Source: a virus
Reading direction: 5' to 3' (one strand)
Length of the DNA stretch: 64,000 nt
IMG/VR virus record: IMGVR_UViG_3300045988_106519
Location: 32,001-96,000 of that record
The position numbers were made by a program, and so were the translations under genes. Under the pieces are notes generated by a model, which saw only the letters and a list, made by a program, of their open reading frames with translations, ran no database searches and was not told the DNA's origin. Every line of letters begins with the position of its first letter. Within the stretch, counting starts at the first letter, position 1. Positions 7,595-16,176 of this stretch are shown one piece after another.

Positions 7595-7750
7595 TTATGC
7601 CTCCGAAGGCGTTAAACACCAAACTTCTGCTTTTGGCTTAGTCTTGAACTGCTTATCTTTAACCTCATGCCAAATTCCATCAGGTGTATTTCTATATTCA
7701 ATAAGAAACAAACCTTTCTCAATTTTGACTATTCTATATTCAAAATACAT
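7595..7750 (-). CDS. small hypothetical protein (51 aa)
   Basis: Hand translation MYFEYRIVKIEKGLFLIEYRNTPDGIWHEV... Preferred over plus-strand ORF 7482..7766. Confidence 0.4.
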   Translation of the reverse strand: MYFEYRIVKIEKGLFLIEYRNTPDGIWHEVKDKQFKTKPKAEVWCLTPSEA

Positions 7751-7762
7751 ACGCTTTACTCA

Positions 7763-7924
7763 TTAAAACATAATTTTAAAACTCTTACCTTTCAAAGTAG
7801 GTCTCTTTTTGAGGACGAACTTTATTAAATCTTCAAAATCAATCGGGAAGAGTGCACAATATTTATACTTTAATGTGCAAATGAATCTTCCATTAAGCAT
7901 AACGTCAAATACAAGAGTTTTCAT
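7763..7924 (-). CDS. small hypothetical protein (53 aa)
   Basis: Hand translation MKTLVFDVMLNGRFICTLKYKY... ATGA overlap with 7921..8247. Confidence 0.4.
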   Translation of the reverse strand: MKTLVFDVMLNGRFICTLKYKYCALFPIDFEDLIKFVLKKRPTLKGKSFKIMF

Positions 7925-8247
7925 TGCTCACTTCTTTTCGGTAATATGTCTTTGATGTAGCACCACTTTGTAATTTTGTTATACTCAACAAATTTCTTCC
8001 ATTCTAAATCGTCGAATATATCATCAATACCAACATCCATACCACCTTGTTCATCATGCCACAGGTAAAGAATATCAGCTGAACCTTGTGGTTTCTCGCT
8101 TACATCATGCCATAAAGCACTCTGTAACCATTTTACATCTTCAACAAATGCTTCACGTTTTGCTGAAACATAGATTCCTTCATCAGCTTCTGGCCCATGA
8201 CCAACATATTGATTGGCAGCTTGGACTATTCTATCATCGTCTATCAT
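7921..8247 (-). CDS. hypothetical acidic protein
   Basis: ORF track. Confidence 0.6.
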   Translation of the reverse strand: MIDDDRIVQAANQYVGHGPEADEGIYVSAKREAFVEDVKWLQSALWHDVSEKPQGSADILYLWHDEQGGMDVGIDDIFDDLEWKKFVEYNKITKWCYIKDILPKRSEQ

Positions 8248-8266
8248 GTTGTTAGAGCTTTAATTA

Positions 8267-8989
8267 TTATTTGTTATATGGGTCTGTTGTGTTAAGCAAA
8301 TGAGCAGTTTGCTCATTGTAAGGAATGCAATACTTCCATCCTTTATGACCTAAACTTACATAAACAAATTCTGAAGACCAGTCATAATGAGAGAACAAAC
8401 CAATCTTCCATTTTTCATCTTTTTTACCATCTCTTACCAACACCTGGTCAAATGGTTTAAACTCACATTCTGGCTTTATAGGTTCTACTTGCAGTGTCTC
8501 GAAGTTATACTTGCCTTTAAGCAGCGTTTCAACCCTCTTGATAAATTGTTTTCGTTCTTCTTCATCAGCTTTACGAAATAAAATAGTTAAACAAACCTCC
8601 TCTTCACCTGTATTGTTGTCACAATATAAATTGATAGTAGTGTTGAACTTTGTGTAAGCGTCATTTGCCCAGCCATCGAAAATAACAGCCATACCAGCCA
8701 TACCCCCTCCCATTTTTATAAGCACATCCCCTCGCTTGAAAAAATGGTTCCAATCTCGCATTTCTGAAGAAGGAAAGAGTATACATTCAGCATTAGGATA
8801 TCCTTTAGTAAGGAATCCTTCTTTTGTATAACTATGTTGACGGTTATAAGTATCTAATATGAAAATAGGATATTCATCATCCTTAGTACTAATTCCGTTA
8901 AAAATGACTTCCCCTTCAATTAAAGAAAATAGTTTCATTTCCTTAGGGCAATCTTTTAAGATTTCTGCTATATTAATTTTATTGCTCAT
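8267..8989 (-). CDS. hypothetical protein, paralog of 9209..10159 (start trimmed to MSNKINIAEILK)
   Basis: N-terminus INIAEILK.CPK and C-terminus FKPFD.VLVR...CIPY......L..TTD are shared with 9209..10159. Confidence 0.6.
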   Translation of the reverse strand: MSNKINIAEILKDCPKEMKLFSLIEGEVIFNGISTKDDEYPIFILDTYNRQHSYTKEGFLTKGYPNAECILFPSSEMRDWNHFFKRGDVLIKMGGGMAGMAVIFDGWANDAYTKFNTTINLYCDNNTGEEEVCLTILFRKADEEERKQFIKRVETLLKGKYNFETLQVEPIKPECEFKPFDQVLVRDGKKDEKWKIGLFSHYDWSSEFVYVSLGHKGWKYCIPYNEQTAHLLNTTDPYNK

Positions 8990-9197
8990 TGTTGTATGAT
9001 TCATAATTTTCTCTTGTGATTTCTTTATAGAATGATATAACAATACTATCTATTGGTAGTTTAACATTTTCTATAACATGTTTTTCTACTTCCTTTAAAG
9101 GAATATCGTTTAATGTTGTATTAAAAGTGCCTTTAACATGTATCATGTTGCTACCTCTTGAGAGAATAGCAACATAATAATAGTACTTTCTATCCAT
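8979..9197 (-). CDS. hypothetical protein
   Basis: ORF track. Confidence 0.55.
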   Translation of the reverse strand: MDRKYYYYVAILSRGSNMIHVKGTFNTTLNDIPLKEVEKHVIENVKLPIDSIVISFYKEITRENYESYNNEQ

Positions 9198-9208
9198 AGT
9201 TGTTTTGT

Positions 9209-10159
9209 TTATGTTGGGGAATCAGTTGTGTCTAACAGATATTCATTGCCTTCATAAGGAATACATTGAGAGTATGTAAGACCTCCAACACAAAAATATT
9301 TAAAAGTATTTGTGTTTATAAAGTTTAGAAAAATAGATGGCATCCATATTTGATTATTATTATTTCTAACTAGCACTTTATCAAAAGGTTTGAACTCTTG
9401 TTTTATAAGTTTATGTTGCTCTTTGTCATACTTGTAGCCTTCTCTAACTAAAGCTGAAAGTAATTTATTCCTTTCTACTGTAGAAGTTGATATAAGATGC
9501 ATTACATTTATTCTAGTAATTATTCCTTCATTATAAATTAACTTATTATCACTATTTCTAAGTTCACAATAATACTGAGTGCAATTATCCGAGTCTAGTA
9601 CTCCTTTTAATAGATATAGATTGTTAATTTCATCTTTTACAATATCACCTTCTTTAAACTTAGGTTCTAATTTCTCTAACTCCAAAGTATCAGCATTCCA
9701 TCTATATCCAGCTTCTGCCATCTTATCAAATAGTTTTTTCTTAGCTTCTTCTGAAGCTGGAATGTAAAATTCAGAAGTCCATCCATAAGTTGTTCCTATG
9801 TTAAAATGGTCAGTACCGTCAACACCACATATATATTTAGGTGAAGTACCCCAGTAATATTCACCACTTGCAATAAATGGTATAGTACCGTCTGCTTCCA
9901 TCATAATGTCACCTCTTTTGACAGGTATTCTAAACTGACTCCAATCTCTTTGGTCTCTAGATGGGAATATGACACATTCTCCACTATGAGAATAACGTCC
10001 TTCATAATCTAAAGTATATGAAGTACTTATTGTATCAGCTACTTTTCTTATTACTATAGTCCCAATATTTGTAATTTCTCCAAGTTCTGCATTACCACAC
10101 AAAGTACAATATAATTTAGTACCTTTAGGACAATACTTTAATATTTCTGCTATGTTCAT
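9209..10159 (-). CDS. hypothetical protein, paralog of 8267..8989
   Basis: See 8267..8989. Confidence 0.65.
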   Translation of the reverse strand: MNIAEILKYCPKGTKLYCTLCGNAELGEITNIGTIVIRKVADTISTSYTLDYEGRYSHSGECVIFPSRDQRDWSQFRIPVKRGDIMMEADGTIPFIASGEYYWGTSPKYICGVDGTDHFNIGTTYGWTSEFYIPASEEAKKKLFDKMAEAGYRWNADTLELEKLEPKFKEGDIVKDEINNLYLLKGVLDSDNCTQYYCELRNSDNKLIYNEGIITRINVMHLISTSTVERNKLLSALVREGYKYDKEQHKLIKQEFKPFDKVLVRNNNNQIWMPSIFLNFINTNTFKYFCVGGLTYSQCIPYEGNEYLLDTTDSPT

Positions 10160-10160
10160 A

Positions 10161-10427
10161 TTATTTAATGTATGTATAAATATCTAAATAAATTTCAGCT
10201 AGATTCCTTTCTTTAAGGTTATCTAAAGCCTGCTGTTCTATCAGACCCATGTTATTTACTAAGTTATTGAACTCTCTTTTATTATAAACGGCTTGCGTAT
10301 CTATGGCATCATAATCTAATATTTCATGCTGCTCACCAAAGTGTGTTTCTGCTGTTAATCTTACTTCTAAATCACCATTTTCTTTTTTATAGTGTTCTAG
10401 AATTTTTTGTAATTCAGATATTTTCAT
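10161..10427 (-). CDS. hypothetical protein
   Basis: ORF track. Confidence 0.6.
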   Translation of the reverse strand: MKISELQKILEHYKKENGDLEVRLTAETHFGEQHEILDYDAIDTQAVYNKREFNNLVNNMGLIEQQALDNLKERNLAEIYLDIYTYIK

Positions 10428-10641
10428 AATCTCTTAATTCAAATGTTTCTTTACAACAAGGACAGTATACTATATAATGGTAGCATCTTTTACGCCCTCC
10501 ATCACTAGTATATACCCAATGATATTCTTTTCCATAATCTCCTTCTTCTATCAAAAGAAGAGAATCACAATGTGGACATCTATATTTCAAAGGTAGTTTT
10601 ATAGATTCCCCTCGCCTAGCTTTATCTTCAAGAATTTTCAT
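10414..10641 (-). CDS. small zinc-ribbon protein
   Basis: Two CxxC pairs (CPHCDS ... CPCCKE). Confidence 0.6.
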   Translation of the reverse strand: MKILEDKARRGESIKLPLKYRCPHCDSLLLIEEGDYGKEYHWVYTSDGGRKRCYHYIVYCPCCKETFELRDYENI

Positions 10642-11101
10642 GAAATAAAGATTTAAGATATTCTTTTGTCCATTTAATATATGGATATGCTGTTTTTAGT
10701 TTATTAATATACTCACGTCCTGGACTAAGAATATCATCAAAAGAATATTCATAACATTCTCTTTTTTCTTCTTTGATACATTCAGGAGACTTACAGCCAT
10801 AATGCCCTACATTCCAAGTATCATAAATAGCAGGATAGATTATTTCATATATAAAGGCACCATCTTTATACTTAAGATTAAGTAAACTAAGAATCTTTTG
10901 ACGTGTAGGTATATCTAATCCAAGTAGTTCTGGATCAATATCTATGTTAGTTTCTCTAAGAAGCCAATATAGATATTGTCTATCCCATATAAGAATATCT
11001 TGAATAGTTTTGCCTTTATGTCTACCAAAACCTATAACTTTATTTAATGTCTTTCGTTTTAGAGATGCAAATCTTTGCTTTAAATCCTCATATTCTTGCA
11101 T
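10628..11101 (-). CDS. hypothetical protein with an FGRHKGKT...YLYWL motif (DUF3820-like N-terminal segment)
   Basis: The pattern GFGRHKGKTIQDILIWDRQYLYWLL resembles the short FGKHKG...YL.WL domain that is common in phages. Confidence 0.5.
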   Translation of the reverse strand: MQEYEDLKQRFASLKRKTLNKVIGFGRHKGKTIQDILIWDRQYLYWLLRETNIDIDPELLGLDIPTRQKILSLLNLKYKDGAFIYEIIYPAIYDTWNVGHYGCKSPECIKEEKRECYEYSFDDILSPGREYINKLKTAYPYIKWTKEYLKSLFHENS

Positions 11102-11104
11102 AAT

Positions 11105-11338
11105 CTATATTAAATGTGCTGATTTACATCCTTCATAAGCTTCTTTAATAGCTTCTTCAGGAGTATTTGCTGTAAAATGTAACCTTAAAATTTCATGAGT
11201 GTCTATATCAATCCAATACACAATATATTGAACTAATATATTGTCTATTACACTAAGAGTAGGTACATATCCTAAATTAGTTTTATGATAATCTTCATCC
11301 AGTTGTGGAAGCTTTGCAAACATTTCTAATTCTGTCAT
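11105..11338 (-). CDS. hypothetical protein
   Basis: ORF track. Confidence 0.55.
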   Translation of the reverse strand: MTELEMFAKLPQLDEDYHKTNLGYVPTLSVIDNILVQYIVYWIDIDTHEILRLHFTANTPEEAIKEAYEGCKSAHLI

Positions 11339-11343
11339 AGTTA

Positions 11344-11862
11344 CTAATTTTTATAAATAGTATCAAGGATTTCTTGAAAGTTAGGATTGTCTATTACTGC
11401 TTGAGCATCTTCTGCCCTATTAAAAAGAGCTTCTATACCAGTTAAACTATTTCTATACCATGCAGAAGCTGTATTAACTCGATAACCTTTGAATCTCATA
11501 TCATATAAAATATTATAACATTTGTCAATTTTGGTATGTAATCTGTTGTAATACTCAGCAATATTAAGAAGTTGATTTAATGCTAACAATCTTTCAAGTT
11601 GTTTTTCATTAGTTGCAACATTTTTCCTAAAATAGAAATCTATATCTCCATTAAATGTAGTTACATGAGATATATATTTATTAATTTTACCCATATTATT
11701 TATACGATAATAATCCGTAATGTCACTATTAAATAACATATTACTTATATCTTTATAAGTTGGATTATGTATAGGTTTGAATCTAACACACTCAAATGTA
11801 GAGTTTTCTTTATCAATTTCATAACCTTTTGGAGCTTGTATTTTAAGTTCTTTTGTTTCCAT
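11344..11862 (-). CDS. hypothetical protein
   Basis: ORF track. Confidence 0.6.
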   Translation of the reverse strand: METKELKIQAPKGYEIDKENSTFECVRFKPIHNPTYKDISNMLFNSDITDYYRINNMGKINKYISHVTTFNGDIDFYFRKNVATNEKQLERLLALNQLLNIAEYYNRLHTKIDKCYNILYDMRFKGYRVNTASAWYRNSLTGIEALFNRAEDAQAVIDNPNFQEILDTIYKN

Positions 11863-11874
11863 ATTTGTAATTTA

Positions 11875-12075
11875 TTTATTAGAGAGGGAGAAGTACGAAT
11901 TGAACGTATTTTGATTACTTGATGTATTAACTTCATCCATTATCATTTATTTGCTAAAACATTATATAGCTAATGATGGAAAGCCTTTACCTGCAACATT
12001 ATCTTGCGTTACCTTTTCACCTTATCACCTGTCCTACATATTTATAACTATGTAGGTATCTCCCTATTTTTTATG
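11875..12075 (-). ncRNA. candidate structured leader or small RNA upstream of 11344..11862
   Basis: ORF-free region. A long-range helix AGGGAGA/TCTCCCT encloses about 180 nt. Inside are an 8-bp hairpin CCTACATA/TATGTAGG and a T-arm-like TACG-TTCAATT-CGTA next to the 3' strand. Confidence 0.25.
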
Positions 12076-12080
12076 AAAAT

Positions 12081-12269
12081 TTATTTAATTTGCTTTTGAG
12101 TTTCTTTTAATAATGTTAAGAACTTAACTTTAAATTTATCATCTATAGCTATAAGTAAATGAAGACCTTTTAGATATTCATTATCTATATTATTTATATG
12201 CTTGATGAGGTACTTTAAAGTATGTTTCTTTATTAATTCTGAATAACTATCATCGTTGTAGCTTAACAT
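12081..12269 (-). CDS. hypothetical protein
   Basis: ORF track. Confidence 0.5.
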   Translation of the reverse strand: MLSYNDDSYSELIKKHTLKYLIKHINNIDNEYLKGLHLLIAIDDKFKVKFLTLLKETQKQIK

Positions 12270-12329
12270 TCTTAGTGATATTTATAGGAGTATCTTCTTT
12301 AAAGTATTCCCATGATGTGTATTCTTCTT

Positions 12330-12503
12330 TCATAGATCATTATATTCTTGTTGTAAACAAACTGCATCTTCATAGTAATCATCTATAAAGAATTGACAGT
12401 CAGCTTTGCTAGTTACACTTCCTTTGAACTTAATATTCATCCATTTCTCAATAAGTTTTATTTTACTTCTTTGAGATGGAGTTGATCTTTCTAAAGTTAT
12501 CAT
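12330..12503 (-). CDS. small hypothetical protein (57 aa)
   Basis: Hand translation MITLERSTPSQRSKIKLIEKWMNIKFKG... TAATG overlap with the upstream gene. Confidence 0.4.
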   Translation of the reverse strand: MITLERSTPSQRSKIKLIEKWMNIKFKGSVTSKADCQFFIDDYYEDAVCLQQEYNDL

Positions 12504-12751
12504 TACTTATAAACTACTGTTGTATCTATGGATATATTGCCTTTATATGTTATTTGTAGAGTTGTTTTGCCTCTATAAACATCTATAGCTTCAGGGGATT
12601 TAAAACTATTTATACACCACATTCCGAATGCTGTAATCATACCTCCAAAATATGCAGTTACAGTAATAGGTATGTCATAGTCAAATTCTACAAAAACTTT
12701 AGCAAATAATATAGATCCAATAAGTATTGCAATTATTCCTATTATAATCAT
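12503..12751 (-). CDS. small membrane protein with two predicted TM segments (holin-like candidate)
   Basis: Hydrophobic stretches IIIGIIAILIGSILFAKVF and AYFGGMITAFGMWCI. Sits upstream of the wall-enzyme gene. Confidence 0.5.
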   Translation of the reverse strand: MIIIGIIAILIGSILFAKVFVEFDYDIPITVTAYFGGMITAFGMWCINSFKSPEAIDVYRGKTTLQITYKGNISIDTTVVYK

Positions 12752-12954
12752 ATTGTTTCAAATGTTAATGTACATTGTTTACATTCTGGGGAATGAATAA
12801 TTCCTTTACCAGGAAAATAGATATAATCATGATGCTTATATTCAAATTCTTGAGGCTTTTTATTTACAGGATAAAAGTTAATTAATAATATCTCCATAAT
12901 CATAAGTATAGCTATAAATGTTATTATAGCTAAAGTTTTAAATGTACTACTCAT
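12748..12954 (-). CDS. small membrane protein with one TM segment
   Basis: TLAIITFIAILMIMEILLINF; 4-nt overlaps on both sides. Confidence 0.5.
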   Translation of the reverse strand: MSSTFKTLAIITFIAILMIMEILLINFYPVNKKPQEFEYKHHDYIYFPGKGIIHSPECKQCTLTFETI

Positions 12955-13334
12955 TTTAATATTTTTACTTTAACTTTCTCTAACTTAACTCTTCTAGTAT
13001 CTTTAGGATGGATTAAGATGTCAATACAATGATTGTGACGTTTGTTCATGACATCTTTTACTTCATAGATACCAAAGCCTTCAATATATACTCTTTTAGG
13101 TTTGTTTTTAGGAAATAACCAGAGTAAGTCTCTTGAGATTGCGCACCACTTTATTCTATTATTCTTTAAATGACGAAGATTTATCTTACTGCCATCAGAA
13201 GTAACCAGTGGCTCAGAATTACATTGAGCCTTGACTGGTTGATAATAGGTGAGAGTGACATGAGTTATTGTTTCTCCTATGATAGGAATATTAACTATAA
13301 AGAATAGTAGAGATATTAATATGTATTTCTTCAT
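12951..13334 (-). CDS. secreted 3D/DPBB-like domain protein (putative peptidoglycan-lytic, MltA/RlpA-like)
   Basis: Signal peptide MKKYILISLLFFIVNIPIIG. Pattern TLTYY.P...QCNSEP..TSDGSKI...WCAISRDL...VYIEG.G.YEVKDVMN....CIDILI. Confidence 0.5.
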   Translation of the reverse strand: MKKYILISLLFFIVNIPIIGETITHVTLTYYQPVKAQCNSEPLVTSDGSKINLRHLKNNRIKWCAISRDLLWLFPKNKPKRVYIEGFGIYEVKDVMNKRHNHCIDILIHPKDTRRVKLEKVKVKILK

Positions 13335-13374
13335 TTGTAATATAATAATTAAAAGTAATATAATTCTTGAGTTG

Positions 13375-13629
13375 TTATAATTTACATCCAGGTTGTCTGT
13401 ATCTATGGTATTTCTTAACCTCTTCTATAGTATGCTTACTTTGTTTTTCTCTGTGCTTTGTGCATTTAGCACAGAGATTTACATCTTCATATAGAGAACA
13501 TCCAGATGTAGTATTCATTCTACTAACTCTATAAGAACATTTTTCTTTCTTTAGAGGACATTGTTTTATCTCTTTTGTTTTCATATTACTAAATCTATTT
13601 TTAAAAGTTATTTTACTAAAGGAGAACAA
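13375..13629 (-). CDS. Cys-rich hypothetical protein
   Basis: ORF track. Confidence 0.5.
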   Translation of the reverse strand: MFSFSKITFKNRFSNMKTKEIKQCPLKKEKCSYRVSRMNTTSGCSLYEDVNLCAKCTKHREKQSKHTIEEVKKYHRYRQPGCKL

Positions 13630-13630
13630 A

Positions 13631-13885
13631 TTAATGTTCTCCTAATTTAGATAAAGCTTCTGCAAACGCATCTACATATTCATAAAGATGTTCTTCTTCC
13701 TGTGAGTCTTGAGCTTGTAAAAAAGCAATTACTTGTTGTGCTACATGTTTACCTTCTTCAGAACAAAAAGATGTATCAACTTTATACCATTCAAGAAAGT
13801 CTGATGTATTAGTTGTTTTATATTGTTCTATACCTACTCCTCCTGATGTTAATGCAATGGCTTCTACTAGTTCTTTATGTGTCAT
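13631..13885 (-). CDS. hypothetical acidic protein
   Basis: ORF track. Confidence 0.6.
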   Translation of the reverse strand: MTHKELVEAIALTSGGVGIEQYKTTNTSDFLEWYKVDTSFCSEEGKHVAQQVIAFLQAQDSQEEEHLYEYVDAFAEALSKLGEH

Positions 13886-14238
13886 AATTTTAAAATGTTA
13901 ATAATATTAGAACCCTATGTGAGTTACAACCTCACTACAATGCTTTTATTTAATAGGGCTAATTCCAACCTATTTAGTTTGATAGCATAACTAAAATCGG
14001 TACTAATAATAATAAGACCTCAATATACTTACTATCCTCATATATTGTCCTTTGTACGGTCTAATAATTAATACTAATTAGAGAAAAGCTTTTACACAAT
14101 ACAAATTTGTTGTTATTTAAGTGGACTTGTATTATGATTTTATTTATCCACATAAAATCCAAACACAAATTAAGCTATCCAGCGTTGCTTGTGTTTAGTT
14201 ATTATATTTATATTGAAGATTATGTTCTCTTGTTATTT

Positions 14239-14460
14239 TTAATGCTTCTTCTTTTTCGGTTTACTAAATTCATAAATTATATGATTGATTTGTGCATAAT
14301 CAAAATATTCAGAGAAATCTTCTGTATCAATAACTATACTATTTTTATGATACACTATATTAGCTGTATCATCTAGTGTAAAAAAACCACGATCATAAAC
14401 ACTTATAGTAATATAACCTCTAAGATTCTTCAGGGCTTTCTTTGTTTTACGAATACTCAT
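14239..14460 (-). CDS. hypothetical protein
   Basis: ORF track. Preferred over plus-strand ORF 14107..14376. Confidence 0.5.
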   Translation of the reverse strand: MSIRKTKKALKNLRGYITISVYDRGFFTLDDTANIVYHKNSIVIDTEDFSEYFDYAQINHIIYEFSKPKKKKH

Positions 14461-14598
14461 ATTTTTAAAGTGTTAAAGCGTTATACATAGACACAGAGTT
14501 ACCATCAGACTATCCAGTGCTAATAGTTCCTCTGTGTTTCGTCCAGTCTCATCAGTATGAATTTTTAAGTCTCCTGGCTGACTTAATTTAGAAATATT

Positions 14599-15012
14599 TT
14601 AATTTCCATATTTGTCTTCTGAACCATCATCTTCTCCTATTGGATTATCAAATCCATATTTAATAGCAACAGCTTTAAATAAAGGTAATCCATACATGGG
14701 ATAATTGTCAAAGTCTTTAAGAGGGTCTTCAAGTATAGTTAACCATCCCCTAACAACTTCATACATCATGCTTGCTGAAATACCTCGTTTATTTAAAGCT
14801 TTTTTAAAACCAAATGCAACATCCATTCTAAGCTGACTAATGATATTTTTCTTCGTGAATTTTTGAGGAGTCCAATTTGGTTCTTGAATTTCCCAACCTA
14901 TAGATTTTGCCTGTTCTATAGTAAGAAACTGACATAATCTATGTCCTAATCTATCTTCAAATGGAGTTTCAAACTTATTCCAATTATTAAGTATATAATC
15001 TAATTGTAGCAT
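14599..15012 (-). CDS. hypothetical protein
   Basis: ORF track. Confidence 0.6.
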   Translation of the reverse strand: MLQLDYILNNWNKFETPFEDRLGHRLCQFLTIEQAKSIGWEIQEPNWTPQKFTKKNIISQLRMDVAFGFKKALNKRGISASMMYEVVRGWLTILEDPLKDFDNYPMYGLPLFKAVAIKYGFDNPIGEDDGSEDKYGN

Positions 15013-15020
15013 GAGTTTTA

Positions 15021-15170
15021 TTAGTTTATATTTACAAGATTTCTGTTATACTGATTGTATGCAAGTGAGTTCTGTATGTTGTACCACTTGAATACTTGAA
15101 GGAATGATTTGTTCATAATGTTATTTTGTAGAGCAAATCTTATTATTGTTTGTAGATCTGATTTATCCAT
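15021..15170 (-). CDS. small hypothetical protein (49 aa)
   Basis: Hand translation MDKSDLQTIIRFALQNNIMNKSFLQVFKWYN... Confidence 0.4.
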   Translation of the reverse strand: MDKSDLQTIIRFALQNNIMNKSFLQVFKWYNIQNSLAYNQYNRNLVNIN

Positions 15171-15181
15171 GTTGATTAATG

Positions 15182-15385
15182 CTAAGAGTTAAACAAATCC
15201 AAGAGGTCTTGGGTTGAGTATTCTATCTTAGTTGCAGATGGAGTAGGAGAGACATTCTTAGCCACACGCTTGGAAGGGTTCTCTTTATACTCCAACTGCA
15301 TCTGAGACAGTATAGAGAAAATGTCAGTATTATCGTCAATATTATTAGTTTTGACATACTGATTTACTTGTGTAAGAGTAATCAT
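15182..15385 (-). CDS. hypothetical protein
   Basis: ORF track. Confidence 0.55.
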   Translation of the reverse strand: MITLTQVNQYVKTNNIDDNTDIFSILSQMQLEYKENPSKRVAKNVSPTPSATKIEYSTQDLLDLFNS

Positions 15386-15549
15386 ATTATTTTAAGAATA
15401 TGACAAATCTGAGCTTCTGTAAGGGAAGGAAACTTATTGAGTAATAGTTTTTTTGTAAACTCAGGCTTAAGTTTAGCACCAGTTGAATGTCTTACTTCAT
15501 AGTTGGCAGCTATAAAAGAGAGTAGATTGGTGAGTTGTCTAGAATCCAT
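15382..15549 (-). CDS. small hypothetical protein (55 aa)
   Basis: Hand translation MDSRQLTNLLSFIAANYEVRHSTGAKLKPEF... ATGA overlap downstream. Confidence 0.4.
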   Translation of the reverse strand: MDSRQLTNLLSFIAANYEVRHSTGAKLKPEFTKKLLLNKFPSLTEAQICHILKII

Positions 15550-15550
15550 A

Positions 15551-15832
15551 TTATTTTAGTTTGTCTAAACAATACTGATACCAACTTCTTTCATGCTGAC
15601 CAGTATATTTTGACATTGCGGGTACTTTTTCTAAGTAAGGTATTACTAATAAGGTTTCAATGAAATCGGCATTTTCACAACTTAGTTCAATGCCTTCTTC
15701 ATTCAAAACTACTCTTTGAGCTGTAATAGAAGGACTAGTTACTATTAACTTGCCCATTGAACGCCAAACTTGATTATGATGAAGAAATAATCCATGTTCA
15801 GGAAGGTTCTTTATTTCTGTTTTTGTTGCCAT
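15551..15832 (-). CDS. hypothetical protein
   Basis: ORF track. Confidence 0.6.
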   Translation of the reverse strand: MATKTEIKNLPEHGLFLHHNQVWRSMGKLIVTSPSITAQRVVLNEEGIELSCENADFIETLLVIPYLEKVPAMSKYTGQHERSWYQYCLDKLK

Positions 15833-15945
15833 AATTCTGCATATTTATTGATGTCTCCTTCTTTTAGTACATCATTTATTACTTGTGTAGTTGTACTATC
15901 TAAGTCAGACATATACATTCTCATAAATATTTCTAAATCTTTCAT
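15811..15945 (-). CDS. small hypothetical protein (44 aa)
   Basis: Hand translation MKDLEIFMRMYMSDLDSTTTQVINDVLKEGDINKYAELWQQKQK. Confidence 0.35.
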   Translation of the reverse strand: MKDLEIFMRMYMSDLDSTTTQVINDVLKEGDINKYAELWQQKQK

Positions 15946-15957
15946 AGTTATGATATT

Positions 15958-16176
15958 TTATAGAATGTCACTTTCATCACATACCATTATGTCCTTGAAA
16001 CACTCAGCTATCGCTTCTTGTTTTGCAAGCATTTTAAAAGTATTGACTAAATGGTTGGTGTTCATATCTTTGATAGGAATGTTTTTACCATCTTTTGTTG
16101 TCCAGATAATAGAGCCAGAGTTGCGCTGTCTAAGTCACAACTCTAGCTTTAAGTCCTGTATAGTTGCTTTTTTCAT
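15958..16176 (-). pseudogene. 72-codon reading frame interrupted by one in-frame TGA at codon 14 (nonsense allele, or a readthrough/recoding candidate)
   Basis: Hand translation MKKATIQDLKLEL-TGA-LRQRNSGSIIWTTKDGKNIPIKDMNTNHLVNTFKMLAKQEAIAECFKDIMVCDESDIL. There is no ATG near the start of the downstream part. The frame's ATG forms an ATGA overlap with the stop of the upstream gene. Confidence 0.4.

Noticed and set aside
14171-14560. Two 8-bp stem-loops whose loops share CTATCCAG(C/T)G: AAACACAA...TTGTGTTT at about 14171-14215, and ACACAGAG...CTCTGTGT at about 14501-14548.
   Set aside because: There are only two copies, both with long unstructured loops, and there is no consistent position relative to genes. 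This is too weak to call a motif without a genome-wide search.
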